32,000 nucleotides of DNA. Origin: Promethearchaeota archaeon. Its GTDB lineage: Archaea; Asgardarchaeota; Odinarchaeia; Odinarchaeales; JBHLKK01. This document shows positions 8,930-18,328 of the stretch, one piece after another; positions within the stretch are counted from its first letter, which is position 1, and each line of letters opens with the position of its first letter. Location: the NCBI GenBank assembly GCA_048939465.1, contig JBHLPL010000002.1:5608-37607 (forward strand), in the 5' to 3' direction. Below the pieces are notes generated by a model that saw nothing but the letters and a program-made list of their open reading frames with translations, was not told where the DNA came from and ran no database searches. The position numbers were made by a program, and so were the translations under genes.

Positions 8930-10829
8930 ACCGATTATTCTAAAACTAGGCGGTAGTGTAATCACAAGCAAGAATGAATTATTTAAGGCAAAACCTGAAG
9001 TTGTAGACCAGATTGCCAAAGAGGTCGCGTCAGCAAAGCGTAAAAATCTGGTTATAGTCCATGGCGGCGGATCGTTTGGTCACCCCGTGGCCAAAAAATA
9101 TAAAATACATAAAGGCTTCCGCCACCCAAATCAAATAATGGGATTTTCAGAAACACACAAGGCTATGGAACAACTCAATCAAATAGTAATCGGCGCATTC
9201 CTAAGACAGAGAATCCCTGTTATTTCAATTCCTCCATCAAGCTGCGTCACCACAAACCGTGGCATAATTACAGTGTTCAACATTCCGGTAAGGGAGTACC
9301 TTAAGAAGGGCTTTATCCCCGTGATCTATGGAGATGCAGTCATAGACGAAGAATGGGGCATGGCTATCCTTTCGGGAGACCAGATTGTGAAATATCTCGC
9401 GATGCATCTAGAAGCCAGAAGAGTAATTTTCGGTGTTGATGTTAATGGAATCTTCACAGCAGACCCTAAGCAGAACCAAGATGCAAAACTCATTCGCAGG
9501 ATCACACCTAGGAATTTTGATCAGATTCTGTCCAGCTTAGAGACCAGTGATGTGGGCGATGTGACTGGTGGGATGGCGGGAAAAATGAAAGAACTCGTAG
9601 AAATAGCAAAGAGGGGCATAGAAGTAAGCATTATAAACGCTACCAAATCTAAAAATGTGGAATCCGCGTTAACAGGAAAAGATGTTTCTGGTACGCATGT
9701 TAGTGGTTGGGAACGCAAAGTGAAAAAAGCGCCAGTAGAGCCAAGAAAACTGGATCACATAAGGATGTGTTTGGAGAAATCTGTTCAAGCAAGAAATAAG
9801 ACTGCTGGACTGGAAGATGTTGAGCTAATCCATAATGCAATACCTGAAATATCAAAAAAGGATGTTAATCTTGGTGTAAACTTCCTCAATTATGATCTAG
9901 ACGCGCCAATCATTATTGCAGCAATGACTGGGGGGCATCCTGTTGCAAAAAGGATTAATGAGACATTAGCGAAGGCATCAAAAGAATTGAATATTGGATT
10001 GGGTGTTGGAAGTCAGAGAGCTGCCCTAGAAGACCCGGAGCTAGCTGATACATTCAGAGTTGTCCGTGAAGTCGCACCGGAGGCGTTCATCATAGGAAAT
10101 CTCGGTGCTCCCCAGCTCTCCAGAGGGTACGATTTAGAGGAGATAGAAAAAGCCATAAAGATGATAGACGCAAATGCAATAGCTGTGCACCTAAACACAT
10201 TGCAGGAAGCAATCCAACCGGAAGGAGAAACTGATTTTTCAGGGGTTGTTAGTGCATTTAGGAGGATTTCGGATAAGATTGATATCCCAGTAATCGCAAA
10301 AGAGACGGGTGCAGGGATAGCAAGGGAGGAAGCAGAGACTCTTGAAAAGGCTGGAGTTACTGCTATCGATGTAGGGGGTGCGGGGGGAACTAGCTGGGCG
10401 GGAGTGGAAACGCATCGGGCAGCTGAGAGCGGGGACGGGCTGAGAACTCGCATAGGAAGGACTTTCTGGGACTGGGGCATACCTACTGCAGTAAGTACAT
10501 TCGAGGTAGCTCAGTCAACAGGACTGCCAGTAATAGCTACCGGCGGAGTACGCTCAGGTCTTGACGCAGCAAAGCTAATAGCTCTGGGCGCAAGTGCCGT
10601 TGGCGTTGCCTTCCCGTTGCTCCGACCGGCTTATGGAGGGGATGTAAACGAGGTGATTAATACTCTCGATACAATGATAGAAGAACTAAGAATTACCATG
10701 CATTTGGTTGGAGCTAAGACAATCGACGAATTGAAAAGCGCAAGGGCAATTATCAGTGGAAAGACTGGTCGATGGCTTCAGCTCAGAGGCTATGAAGTTT
10801 CCGGATTCGCAAATCGAATAATAGAATAG
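8919..10829 (+). CDS. ipk-fni: Fusion of isopentenyl phosphate kinase and type 2 isopentenyl-diphosphate isomerase
   Basis: N-domain LKLGGSVIT, HGGGSFGH, SGD, DVTGGMAGK; C-domain RKLDHI, MTGG, GVGSQR, KETGAG, GGTSWA, ATGGVRSG; one 636-aa ORF. Confidence 0.9.
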   Translation: MRNRPIILKLGGSVITSKNELFKAKPEVVDQIAKEVASAKRKNLVIVHGGGSFGHPVAKKYKIHKGFRHPNQIMGFSETHKAMEQLNQIVIGAFLRQRIPVISIPPSSCVTTNRGIITVFNIPVREYLKKGFIPVIYGDAVIDEEWGMAILSGDQIVKYLAMHLEARRVIFGVDVNGIFTADPKQNQDAKLIRRITPRNFDQILSSLETSDVGDVTGGMAGKMKELVEIAKRGIEVSIINATKSKNVESALTGKDVSGTHVSGWERKVKKAPVEPRKLDHIRMCLEKSVQARNKTAGLEDVELIHNAIPEISKKDVNLGVNFLNYDLDAPIIIAAMTGGHPVAKRINETLAKASKELNIGLGVGSQRAALEDPELADTFRVVREVAPEAFIIGNLGAPQLSRGYDLEEIEKAIKMIDANAIAVHLNTLQEAIQPEGETDFSGVVSAFRRISDKIDIPVIAKETGAGIAREEAETLEKAGVTAIDVGGAGGTSWAGVETHRAAESGDGLRTRIGRTFWDWGIPTAVSTFEVAQSTGLPVIATGGVRSGLDAAKLIALGASAVGVAFPLLRPAYGGDVNEVINTLDTMIEELRITMHLVGAKTIDELKSARAIISGKTGRWLQLRGYEVSGFANRIIE

Positions 10830-10837
10830 ATAAAAAT

Positions 10838-10852
10838 CGAAAGCTTTTAAAA
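10838..10852 (+). promoter_or_regulatory. Putative BRE/TATA promoter of rpl7ae-rps28e
   Basis: CGAAAGC-TTTTAAAA in an AT-rich gap. Confidence 0.45.
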
Positions 10853-10940
10853 TTATTAAAATGTAGAAGTAAGATTATTACAGATTTCAGATTACTGCAA
10901 TGATGAATGATGAGGGTGTATCCCGAAGGAGGTGTTTCTA

Positions 10941-11312
10941 CTGTCAAAGCCTATTCATGTTCGCTTTGAAGTACCTGAGAAACTGGCAGATAAGGCATAC
11001 AAAGCAATAGAGATAGCCAGAGACACAGGAAAAATCAAAAAGGGAAGCAATGAAGCCACAAAGGCCATAGAACGAGGAACAGCGAAGCTTGTTGTAATAG
11101 CCCGAGATGTGGAGCCGCCGGAAGTTGTTGCCCACATTCCTTTTCTCTGTGAAGAGAAGAAAACTCCCTATATCTATGTGCCAAGCAAAGCGAAACTGGG
11201 GGTTGCTGCGGGAATCGACGTCGCTGCATCAGCAATAGCTATGGTTGAGACGGGAGAGGCAGAGTCTTTGATCAAGGAGATAATTAAGGAAGTCGAAGGG
11301 ATTAAGAGGTAG
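10941..11312 (+). CDS. rpl7ae: Ribosomal protein L7Ae (eL8); start CTG 10941 or GTG 10932
   Basis: [39 protein letters not shown]; the GTG at 10932 lies inside the SD GGAGGTG. Confidence 0.96.
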   Translation: MSKPIHVRFEVPEKLADKAYKAIEIARDTGKIKKGSNEATKAIERGTAKLVVIARDVEPPEVVAHIPFLCEEKKTPYIYVPSKAKLGVAAGIDVAASAIAMVETGEAESLIKEIIKEVEGIKR

Positions 11313-11319
11313 AGACTGA

Positions 11320-11535
11320 ATGGAACCAACAGAGGCAGGCATCCCAGCAGAGGTCGTCCAGATAATTGGACGTACAGGAGTTACCGGCGAGATCATTCAA
11401 GTTAGAGTGCGTGTGCTATCAGGGCAAGACAGGGGACGCATTATTACGAGGAATGTGAAAGGGCCAGTAAGGCTAGGGGATATCCTTATGCTTAGAGAGA
11501 CCGAAAGAGAAGCCAGGAAAATTAGAGCTAGATAG
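11320..11535 (+). CDS. rps28e: 30S ribosomal protein S28e
   Basis: [35 protein letters not shown]. Confidence 0.97.
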   Translation: MEPTEAGIPAEVVQIIGRTGVTGEIIQVRVRVLSGQDRGRIITRNVKGPVRLGDILMLRETEREARKIRAR

Positions 11536-11542
11536 TCTCCTT

Positions 11543-11725
11543 CTACTTGCTTTGGTATGCTGTGGTCCACTTCAGTTTCCTTGGTTTTCTCTTCAAGGCA
11601 AGGCTATTCTTGCGGCACTTGGATGAGCAAAAGTACTTGAAACTTCCATCAGCTTGAACATACATCATGCCTGTCCCAGGTTCAATATCGTGACCACAAA
11701 ATAAACATTTTTGTACTTTTACCAT
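11543..11725 (-). CDS. rpl24e: 50S ribosomal protein L24e
   Basis: CLFCGHDIEPGTGMMYV, FCSSKC, RKPRKLKWT; ATG 11725 follows GGAG. Confidence 0.96.
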   Translation of the reverse strand: MVKVQKCLFCGHDIEPGTGMMYVQADGSFKYFCSSKCRKNSLALKRKPRKLKWTTAYQSK

Positions 11726-11827
11726 TTGCTCCACTCTCTGCCATTTTAGGTAGACGATTCTAGGACTATTTATTTGTCCTTTTAACTCTATCGGCAAAAA
11801 TCTGAAGTCTCATCTTGACCATCTCAA

Positions 11828-11860
11828 GGAGACTCCATCCGATAGGGCGGAGTAGTTTAC
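11828..11860 (+). mobile_element. Isolated IS200/IS605-like right-end hairpin
   Basis: GGAGACTCCATCC-GATA-GGGCGGAGTAGTTTAC; hairpin matches 19006-19026 and terminal GGAGTAGTTTAC matches 18746-18757; TTTAC overlaps the ndk TAA. Confidence 0.7.
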
Positions 11861-12522
11861 GTTAGAATAGACGCTACGATTGCATTAACCAGCGCCTCAA
11901 CATCCTTTGGAGAAGAGTCGAGACATTCCTTTTTCAATAATTCAACCATTTCCCTCTTTAAATGCCCAGTTCTATCTCTAGTATTTACGATTTTCCTACA
12001 GATTTCCCTAAGTTCCGATGTGTAGTTTTGCTTATTGCGACCCCACTTTGAGATATACCCATTAATTCTTTCCTTTACTAGTTCAGGATCTTCCATCTCT
12101 AAACCGGCCATATCGTGCCAGATTCCTATCTCAATTAAGGCGGTTTTTGGCGAATCAGAGGCGTGAGCGATGTTTATTCCGCCCCAGATCCCGTATTTTC
12201 CTCTTATAGTATTCGACTCGGCTTTATGGCTAAATGTGTTTCCAAGTAACCCTCTTATTCGCTGAATTGCATCAACGCCTTCGATAATCATTGCAATAAC
12301 TGGTCCAACCTTGATAAACTCAACAAGACTATGGAAAAAAGGTTTATCCTTATGAACTTCGTAGTGCTTCTCCGCAAGTTCTTTGGAAGCTTTAAGCTCC
12401 TCAAAGGCTAGGATTTTTAGATCTTCTTGACCAATTAGCTCTTCTAAAACCTTGGTCCCAATATATCTCCTCATTGTTCCATCCGGCTTGATCAAAAACA
12501 ACGTTCTTTCGACGCCACTCAT
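11857..12522 (-). CDS. ndk: Nucleoside diphosphate kinase with a C-terminal extension of about 75 aa
   Basis: ERTLFLIKPDG, HYEVHKDKPFF, TIRGKYG, NIAHASDS (phospho-His). Confidence 0.92.
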   Translation of the reverse strand: MSGVERTLFLIKPDGTMRRYIGTKVLEELIGQEDLKILAFEELKASKELAEKHYEVHKDKPFFHSLVEFIKVGPVIAMIIEGVDAIQRIRGLLGNTFSHKAESNTIRGKYGIWGGINIAHASDSPKTALIEIGIWHDMAGLEMEDPELVKERINGYISKWGRNKQNYTSELREICRKIVNTRDRTGHLKREMVELLKKECLDSSPKDVEALVNAIVASILT

Positions 12523-12796
12523 CAGAACCACCCATTGACGTGGGCTACTAGGAGTATTTGATATATATTCTTTCTTTTTGTTTCAAACCTTTTGTACCAC
12601 CTCAAGCAAATGAGAGTTCCGCATTGGATTTGGGAATGGTCTTTGTGTTGATTTCGATTGCGCTTTCAGCCTTGATACTGGTCGCTCTAAAGAGAGTAGC
12701 ATAAGTTTAATTAGGTAACGTCAAATTCGTTAATCGATATATGCTAAAAGACGACATTCTTAAAGATCCTAGACGAAAAGTGGAGGATGAACCAAC

Positions 12797-14601
12797 TTGA
12801 TAAGACAACCCATTATATCGTTCTTGGGCCACATCGATGTGGGCAAAACAAGTCTCCTAGATAAGATAAGAGGAACAGTAGTTCAGCTTCGAGAGGCAGG
12901 GGGTATAATGTAGTAGCATAGACTACTCCATGCTAGACCCAGCATATCGGAGCTAGCTTCCTGCCCACTTCCGTTATAACAGCCATAGCAAAAGATCTTC
13001 TAAATCAATTCAAGATCAAAGTTACAATACCAGGATTGCTGGTTGTTGATAGCCCTGGGCATGCAGCATTTATGAACTTGAGAAGAAGAGCCGGGAGCGT
13101 CTGTGACATCGCCATTCTTGTGATTGATGTACTGGCAGGCTTTCAGCCTCAAACACACGAGTCCGTCAACATCCTGAAGGAGAGAAATACTCCGTTCCTG
13201 GTGGCGGCAAATAAGATAGATAGGGTTCCCGGATGGAAAGACAAAGAATCAACATCGTTCTTAGAATCTGTAAAGAAACAGGAAGAGTTTGTTAGGAAGA
13301 ATCTTGATCAGAAAATATACGAAATCGTTGGGGCCTTTTCAACAATAGGTTTTGAATCTGAAAGATTTGACAGAGTGGGAGATTTTACTAAGACCATCGC
13401 CATTGTGCCTACAAGTGCAAGAACTGGAGAAGGGATTGCAGAACTCCTGATGGTAATTGCAGGACTTACCCAACAATACATGATGAAACGTTTGGAGATT
13501 TCATCTGAAGGGGGCAGAGGAACAGTTTTGGAGGTCAAGGAGGAACCGGGGCTGGGAATTACCGTTGACACTGTTATCTATGATGGAGTGATCCACAAGG
13601 GAGACACCATCGTGGTAGGGAGCTTGGGTGATCCTATTGTAACTAAGATACGGGCAGTTCTGCTGCCAAAACCCCTTGATGAGATACGCGACCCCCGCGA
13701 ACGATTTGATCCTGTAAAGGAAGTTCAAGCAGCTGCAGGTATCAAGATAGCAGCACCTGCTCTTGAAGGGGCTATTGCTGGAGCCCCTTTGATTGTCGCG
13801 AACACAGAAAAGGAGATTGAAGAAGCAAAGAACGAAATATTGAGTGAGATTGAAAAGATCAGGATATCGACAGACAAAACAGGGATAATACTTAAGGCAG
13901 ACACGCTAGGTTCTTTAGAAGCTATTCTAAAATACTTCCAGGATCAAGGGATTGCAGTCAGAATAGCCGACGTTGGGGATATTTCAAAAAGAGACATAGT
14001 TGAGGCTGAAGTCGTTAAGGAACTTGATCCGCTTTCAGCGATTGTTCTTGGATTTAATGTCAAAGTACTGCCTGATGCCAAAGAGGAATCGGTTAAACAT
14101 GAAATTCCGATACTCCAAAACAGGATAATTTACCGATTGTTTGAGGAATATGACAATTGGCTATTTGAGAGGAGGGAAGAGCGAAAGAGAGAAGCATTGA
14201 AGACAGCCGTAAAACCAGGAAAGGTAAAAATCATTCCAGAATATATTTTTCGGCAAAGTAAGCCCGCGATCGTCGGTGTTGATGTTCTTAGCGGGCAAAT
14301 AGTCTCTCGGGTCAACTTGATAAAAGAGGATGGGAGCAGAGTAGGAACAATTCTTCAGATACAGGACAAAGGAGAAGTAATTCCTATTGCCAAGGCGGGA
14401 CAAGCTGTCGCCATTTCAATCAGGGGAGCCACCGTTGGTCGACAGATAAATGAGAATGACGTTCTATATGTCGATATGCCAGAAAGAGATGTCAGACTCT
14501 TCAAAGAACGTTTCAGAGACGAACTCTCTGTGGGTGAGTTGGAAGCTTTAGATGAATTAATCGAGATAAAGAGGAAATCAGATCCTACATGGGGTGCATA
14601 A
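12797..14601 (+). CDS. infB: Translation initiation factor aIF5B (IF-2); two exons 12797-12907 and 12937-14601, 591 aa after splicing
   Basis: Exon 1 (TTG) [36 protein letters not shown] joins exon 2 [19 protein letters not shown]; the ORF track shows only the part from 13036. Confidence 0.95.
12908..12936 (+). other. 29-nt BHB-type intron in infB mRNA
   Basis: Outer helix GGG/CCC, central helix GGUA/UGCU, bulges UA^A and AG^A, inner stem UG.AGUAG/CUACU.CA; contains in-frame TAG TAG; removal restores GGI-TQHIG. Confidence 0.88.
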
Positions 14602-14704
14602 TCTCAGTTTCAACAACTTTAAAAAAGAAAAGGTATGTTATTAGAATCACTTGGATGTCTTGTAATGAGGATTGACTAGCGTAACAATGGAGGTAGGAAA
14701 TCAG

Positions 14705-15097
14705 ATGTCAGAATTCAGATTAGTAATATCTGACCCAGAAACAGGCAAAGCTATCCAAACCCCCGTGAGAGAAGCCAAAGCCAGGGTGCTCTTAGGCAAA
14801 AAAATGGGGGAGATCGTCCCGGGAGACGCTCTGGGATTACCTGGATATGAACTCAGAATAACGGGAGGAAGTGACAAAGACGGTTTTCCCATGAGACGAG
14901 GAGTGCATGGCACTGTTCGTAAGAGAATTCTTCTAAGTAGACCACCTGCCTTTAAACCCGGTAGATCTGGCGAAAGGAGAAGGAAGACTGTTCGTGGAGA
15001 CACTATTACAGACGAGACTACTCAGATAAACTTCAAGATAGTCAAAAAAGGAGCAAAGCCTGTTGAAGAGTTAATTGGGATAAAACCCGAAACTTGA
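14705..15097 (+). CDS. rps6e: 30S ribosomal protein S6e
   Basis: FRLVISDPETG, ITGGSDKDGFPMR, GERRRKTVRG; SD GGAGGT. Confidence 0.97.
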   Translation: MSEFRLVISDPETGKAIQTPVREAKARVLLGKKMGEIVPGDALGLPGYELRITGGSDKDGFPMRRGVHGTVRKRILLSRPPAFKPGRSGERRRKTVRGDTITDETTQINFKIVKKGAKPVEELIGIKPET

Positions 15098-15131
15098 TTC
15101 AGATATAATTGATGTCAAAAGGAGACAATAA

Positions 15132-16412
15132 ATGCCTAAGGCGAAAAAAATATCTGTGCCAGAAGCTGAAAAAAAGCAGTGTGAGGTAAATGTAGGGGTT
15201 GTTGGTCACGTTGATCATGGAAAAACAACGCTAGTTCAATCGATAAGCGGGGAGTGGACAGATCGTTACAGCGAGGAAATAAAGCGAGGCATATCCATAA
15301 AGCTGGGTTATGCCACCGCAGTTGTAGTTAAGTGTCCTAAATGCCCCCCGCCTCAATGTTATATGACCACTACCATGTCTGGTGGCACAACATGTCCTCA
15401 CTGCGGATCCGAGGTTGAGTTTCTTCGAAAGATTTCCTTTGTCGATGCCCCAGGACATGAAATACTTATGGCTACAGTAATTTCAGGCGCCTCATTAATG
15501 GATGGGGCGATGCTTGTTATTGCCGCTAATGAAGAGTGTCCGCAGCCTCAAACACGAGAGCACCTGGCTGCTCTGCAAATCACTGGTGTGGAAAGAATTA
15601 TAATAGTTCAGAATAAGATCGAGCTGATCTCAGAAAAAGAAGGAATCAATCATCACAAGCAGATAAAGGATTTTGTTAAGGGAACCATCGCAGAGAAAGC
15701 TCCAATAATCCCCACATCTGCGATATTTAAATCAAATATTGATTTGGTAGTTCAGGCTATTGAAGAATTTGTGCCAACACCGAAAAGACACGTAACCAAA
15801 CCACTGCAGATGTTTACGGCACGTTCATTCGATGTAAATAAACCTGGAACTACTCCAAGAAAGCTTGTTGGGGGAGTAATTGGAGGGGCGATAGTCCAAG
15901 GAAGAGTCGAGATAGGAGAGAAAATAGAAATCAAGCCAGGAATAAGGGTCGAAAAAGAGGGGGAAACAAACTACCAACCACTTGTTACAAAGGTCGTGAG
16001 TCTCAAGGCAGGAAACGCTTCCCTGAAGGAAGCTTATCCTGGTGGACTGATTGGCATAGGCACGAAAATCGATCCATCTGTTACCAAGGCAGACGGACTG
16101 GTTGGCAATGTAGCGGGAGCAAAAGGAACACTGCCTCCAGTACTTGACAAACTGACGTTCAAAGCACATTTAATGGAACGAGTCGTGGGATCGAAGGATC
16201 TTCTGAAAGTAAAAGACATAAAAGCAAAAGAGAGTCTGATGATTAATGTGGGAGCGGCAGCTACACGTGGGCACGTAATCAGTGTAAAGGGAGACAGTAT
16301 TGATGTGGAATTACGGAGACCGGTATGTGCAGATTCAGGGCAAAGAATGGCTGTGAGCAGACTTGTCAAAGGTAGATGGAGACTCATAGGCTGGGGGGAA
16401 CTGACAGCTTAG
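15132..16412 (+). CDS. eif2g: Translation initiation factor aIF2 gamma subunit
   Basis: GHVDHGKTT, RGISIKLGY, Zn ribbon, DAPGHE, QNKIE, WRLIGWG. Confidence 0.97.
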   Translation: MPKAKKISVPEAEKKQCEVNVGVVGHVDHGKTTLVQSISGEWTDRYSEEIKRGISIKLGYATAVVVKCPKCPPPQCYMTTTMSGGTTCPHCGSEVEFLRKISFVDAPGHEILMATVISGASLMDGAMLVIAANEECPQPQTREHLAALQITGVERIIIVQNKIELISEKEGINHHKQIKDFVKGTIAEKAPIIPTSAIFKSNIDLVVQAIEEFVPTPKRHVTKPLQMFTARSFDVNKPGTTPRKLVGGVIGGAIVQGRVEIGEKIEIKPGIRVEKEGETNYQPLVTKVVSLKAGNASLKEAYPGGLIGIGTKIDPSVTKADGLVGNVAGAKGTLPPVLDKLTFKAHLMERVVGSKDLLKVKDIKAKESLMINVGAAATRGHVISVKGDSIDVELRRPVCADSGQRMAVSRLVKGRWRLIGWGELTA

Positions 16413-16479
16413 AGCCTGCAGATATTTCCACGAAGAACGTTAGTCTTCGGGATCTATAAAAGACTGGAGGCGAGCAACT

Positions 16480-16905
16480 ATACTTTGTGTCTTGCTTGAT
16501 ACTAACTTCCTTATGATGTCAGGCCAATTTAAAATTAACATTTTTTCAGAGCTTGACCGCATTATACAAAGGAAATACGTCCCTGTGATTCTATCCGCTA
16601 CCGTCGAAGAGTTGTGGAAGCTTTTGGAAAATGAAAAACCTAAGATTCAGCAGCAAGCATCATTAGCCTTAAAAATGGTAGAGGGGTGCGAGGTGAGAAA
16701 GGCAGACCGTTTGCCTAATGAGAATGTAGATGATTTAATTGTGCGGTACGCTAAGGAAAGCAAATGCATAGTTTCCACAAACGACAGAGAACTCAGGAAA
16801 AAGCTACGGAGAAATCACATAGCGGTAATATATCTAAGGCAAAAGGCGTTTCTGGCTTTGGATGGGGATATTCCACAAAGCTTTAGAAGAGAGACACGTT
16901 TATAA
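16480..16905 (+). CDS. PIN-domain protein (Fcf1/Utp24-like); start ATA 16480 or TTG 16492
   Basis: LLDTNFLM, VDDLIV, VSTNDRELRKKLR; usual position after eif2g. Confidence 0.88.
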   Translation: MLCVLLDTNFLMMSGQFKINIFSELDRIIQRKYVPVILSATVEELWKLLENEKPKIQQQASLALKMVEGCEVRKADRLPNENVDDLIVRYAKESKCIVSTNDRELRKKLRRNHIAVIYLRQKAFLALDGDIPQSFRRETRL

Positions 16906-17006
16906 ATAAAAACCCCAAAAATGGCTCATTTAAATCTTGATAACTCATAAAGAACTGAAATCCCCCTAATTAGCTCAATTAGATTCTTGTGAGAGTGCGT
17001 CAACGC

Positions 17007-17609
17007 ATGTATAAGTTGATGGTTGTTAGAGACACTGTTCGTATACCTCCAAGGAGATTTAGCGAACCCATAGAGGAAGTGGCGTTAGAGATATTGCGAG
17101 AGGAGCACGAAGGAATGATGAACCCCGAATTAGGGTTCATAATAGCAGTAATTGAAGTAAAAAATACGGATGTTGGGAAGTTGGTGCCAGGAGACGGCGC
17201 TGCATTTCACGATGTAGAATTCTCAGTCTTAGTCTTCAAACCAGACTTGCACGAAGTAATTGAAGGAGAAGTAGTAGAAGTCGTTGACTTTGGCGCCTTC
17301 GTTCGCCTTGGTCCCATAGATGGGTTATGCCACGTCAGTCAAATCACTGATGATTACATAAACTATGATTCAAAAAGGTCAGCTCTCTTGGGAAAAGAAA
17401 CAGGAAGAATATTAACAATAGGCGATCGGGTTCGTGCACGAATAATTGCAATGAGTATTCGAGGAGGCGCGAGAAGCGGAAAATTAGGTCTAACAATGCG
17501 ACAGCCTTTCCTAGGAAAGTTGGAATGGATAGAGGACGATAGCAAGAAAGCAGCTGAAAAGAAGAAGGAAAAGAAGAAAGAGAAGAAAAAGGGAACCGAA
17601 AAGGCATAG
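17007..17609 (+). CDS. rpoE1: DNA-directed RNA polymerase subunit E' (Rpo7)
   Basis: RDTVRIPP, GDGAAFH, FGAFVRLGPIDGLCHVSQI, TMRQPFLGKLEWI. Confidence 0.97.
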   Translation: MYKLMVVRDTVRIPPRRFSEPIEEVALEILREEHEGMMNPELGFIIAVIEVKNTDVGKLVPGDGAAFHDVEFSVLVFKPDLHEVIEGEVVEVVDFGAFVRLGPIDGLCHVSQITDDYINYDSKRSALLGKETGRILTIGDRVRARIIAMSIRGGARSGKLGLTMRQPFLGKLEWIEDDSKKAAEKKKEKKKEKKKGTEKA

Positions 17610-17622
17610 GAAGGATGTATGG

Positions 17623-17811
17623 TTGGTTAAAGAGCGTGCATGCAGAACATGCAGGAAGATAGTATCCGGACAGCTATGTCCTCGTTGCAAGACCTATACA
17701 CTGTCTCAAGATTTTGCTGGATTAGTCATTATTCTGGATGCTGAAGGTTCACAGATTGCAGAGAAACTTAACATAATGGAGAGGGGAAAGTACGCCTTGA
17801 AGGTTCGCTAA
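17623..17811 (+). CDS. rpoE2: RpoE''/Spt4 transcription elongation factor
   Basis: RACRTCRKI..CPRC, GLVIILDAEGSQIA, GKYALKVR. Confidence 0.95.
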   Translation: MVKERACRTCRKIVSGQLCPRCKTYTLSQDFAGLVIILDAEGSQIAEKLNIMERGKYALKVR

Positions 17812-17812
17812 A

Positions 17813-18328
17813 TTGAAAGATCTGAGAATAACTCCTAAACTCCGTCGAGAATTGAAAAAGCCGCAAGGTATCTTACTAAAAGGATCTGCAGACACAAACA
17901 TACGGATAATTGAAGAACTAGTAAAATCTTCAAAACCTCCTAAACTGGTAACGGTTGGGGATGTGGTTACAAGCAATCTTACGGACGCAAACATATTGCC
18001 CGATCTATGCATCATAGATGGTAAGACCCTACGAGGCGGGTACAAGATCAAGCTTAAGACAAAGAAGAACATAAGATTGAAAAATCCCAAAGGAACTGTA
18101 AGCTCAGAGGCTTGGGAAGCAATTAGGAAGGCCATTTCCTCAGAAGTCAAGGTTGGGATAATAGTAGAGGGAGAAGAAGATCTGCTAACCATTCCAGCAG
18201 TCCTCTTGGCCCCGAATCGTGCTATTGTGATATATGGTCAGCCAGACATTGGAGTGGTGATCGTAAAGGTCGACGAGGAAAGCAAGAAACATTATCGAGA
18301 GTTAGCAGAGCAAATGGAGGAAATTTAA
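17813..18328 (+). CDS. DUF359 family GTP-dependent dephospho-CoA kinase
   Basis: ELKKPQG, VTVGDVVT, IIDGKTLR, NPKGTV, VEGEEDLL, YGQP. Confidence 0.88.
   Translation: MKDLRITPKLRRELKKPQGILLKGSADTNIRIIEELVKSSKPPKLVTVGDVVTSNLTDANILPDLCIIDGKTLRGGYKIKLKTKKNIRLKNPKGTVSSEAWEAIRKAISSEVKVGIIVEGEEDLLTIPAVLLAPNRAIVIYGQPDIGVVIVKVDEESKKHYRELAEQMEEI

Noticed and set aside
12908-12916. Pyrrolysine or stop readthrough at TAG TAG in infB
   Set aside because: The downstream sequence is in another frame, so readthrough cannot restore the protein
12797-13036. Intein or simple pseudogenisation of infB
   Set aside because: The insertion is only 29 nt, contains stops and has exact BHB geometry; both flanks are intact
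15330-15415. Small insertion in the aIF2-gamma Zn ribbon as a possible intron
   Set aside because: Only about 5 aa, in frame, in a naturally variable loop, and too short for a BHB intron
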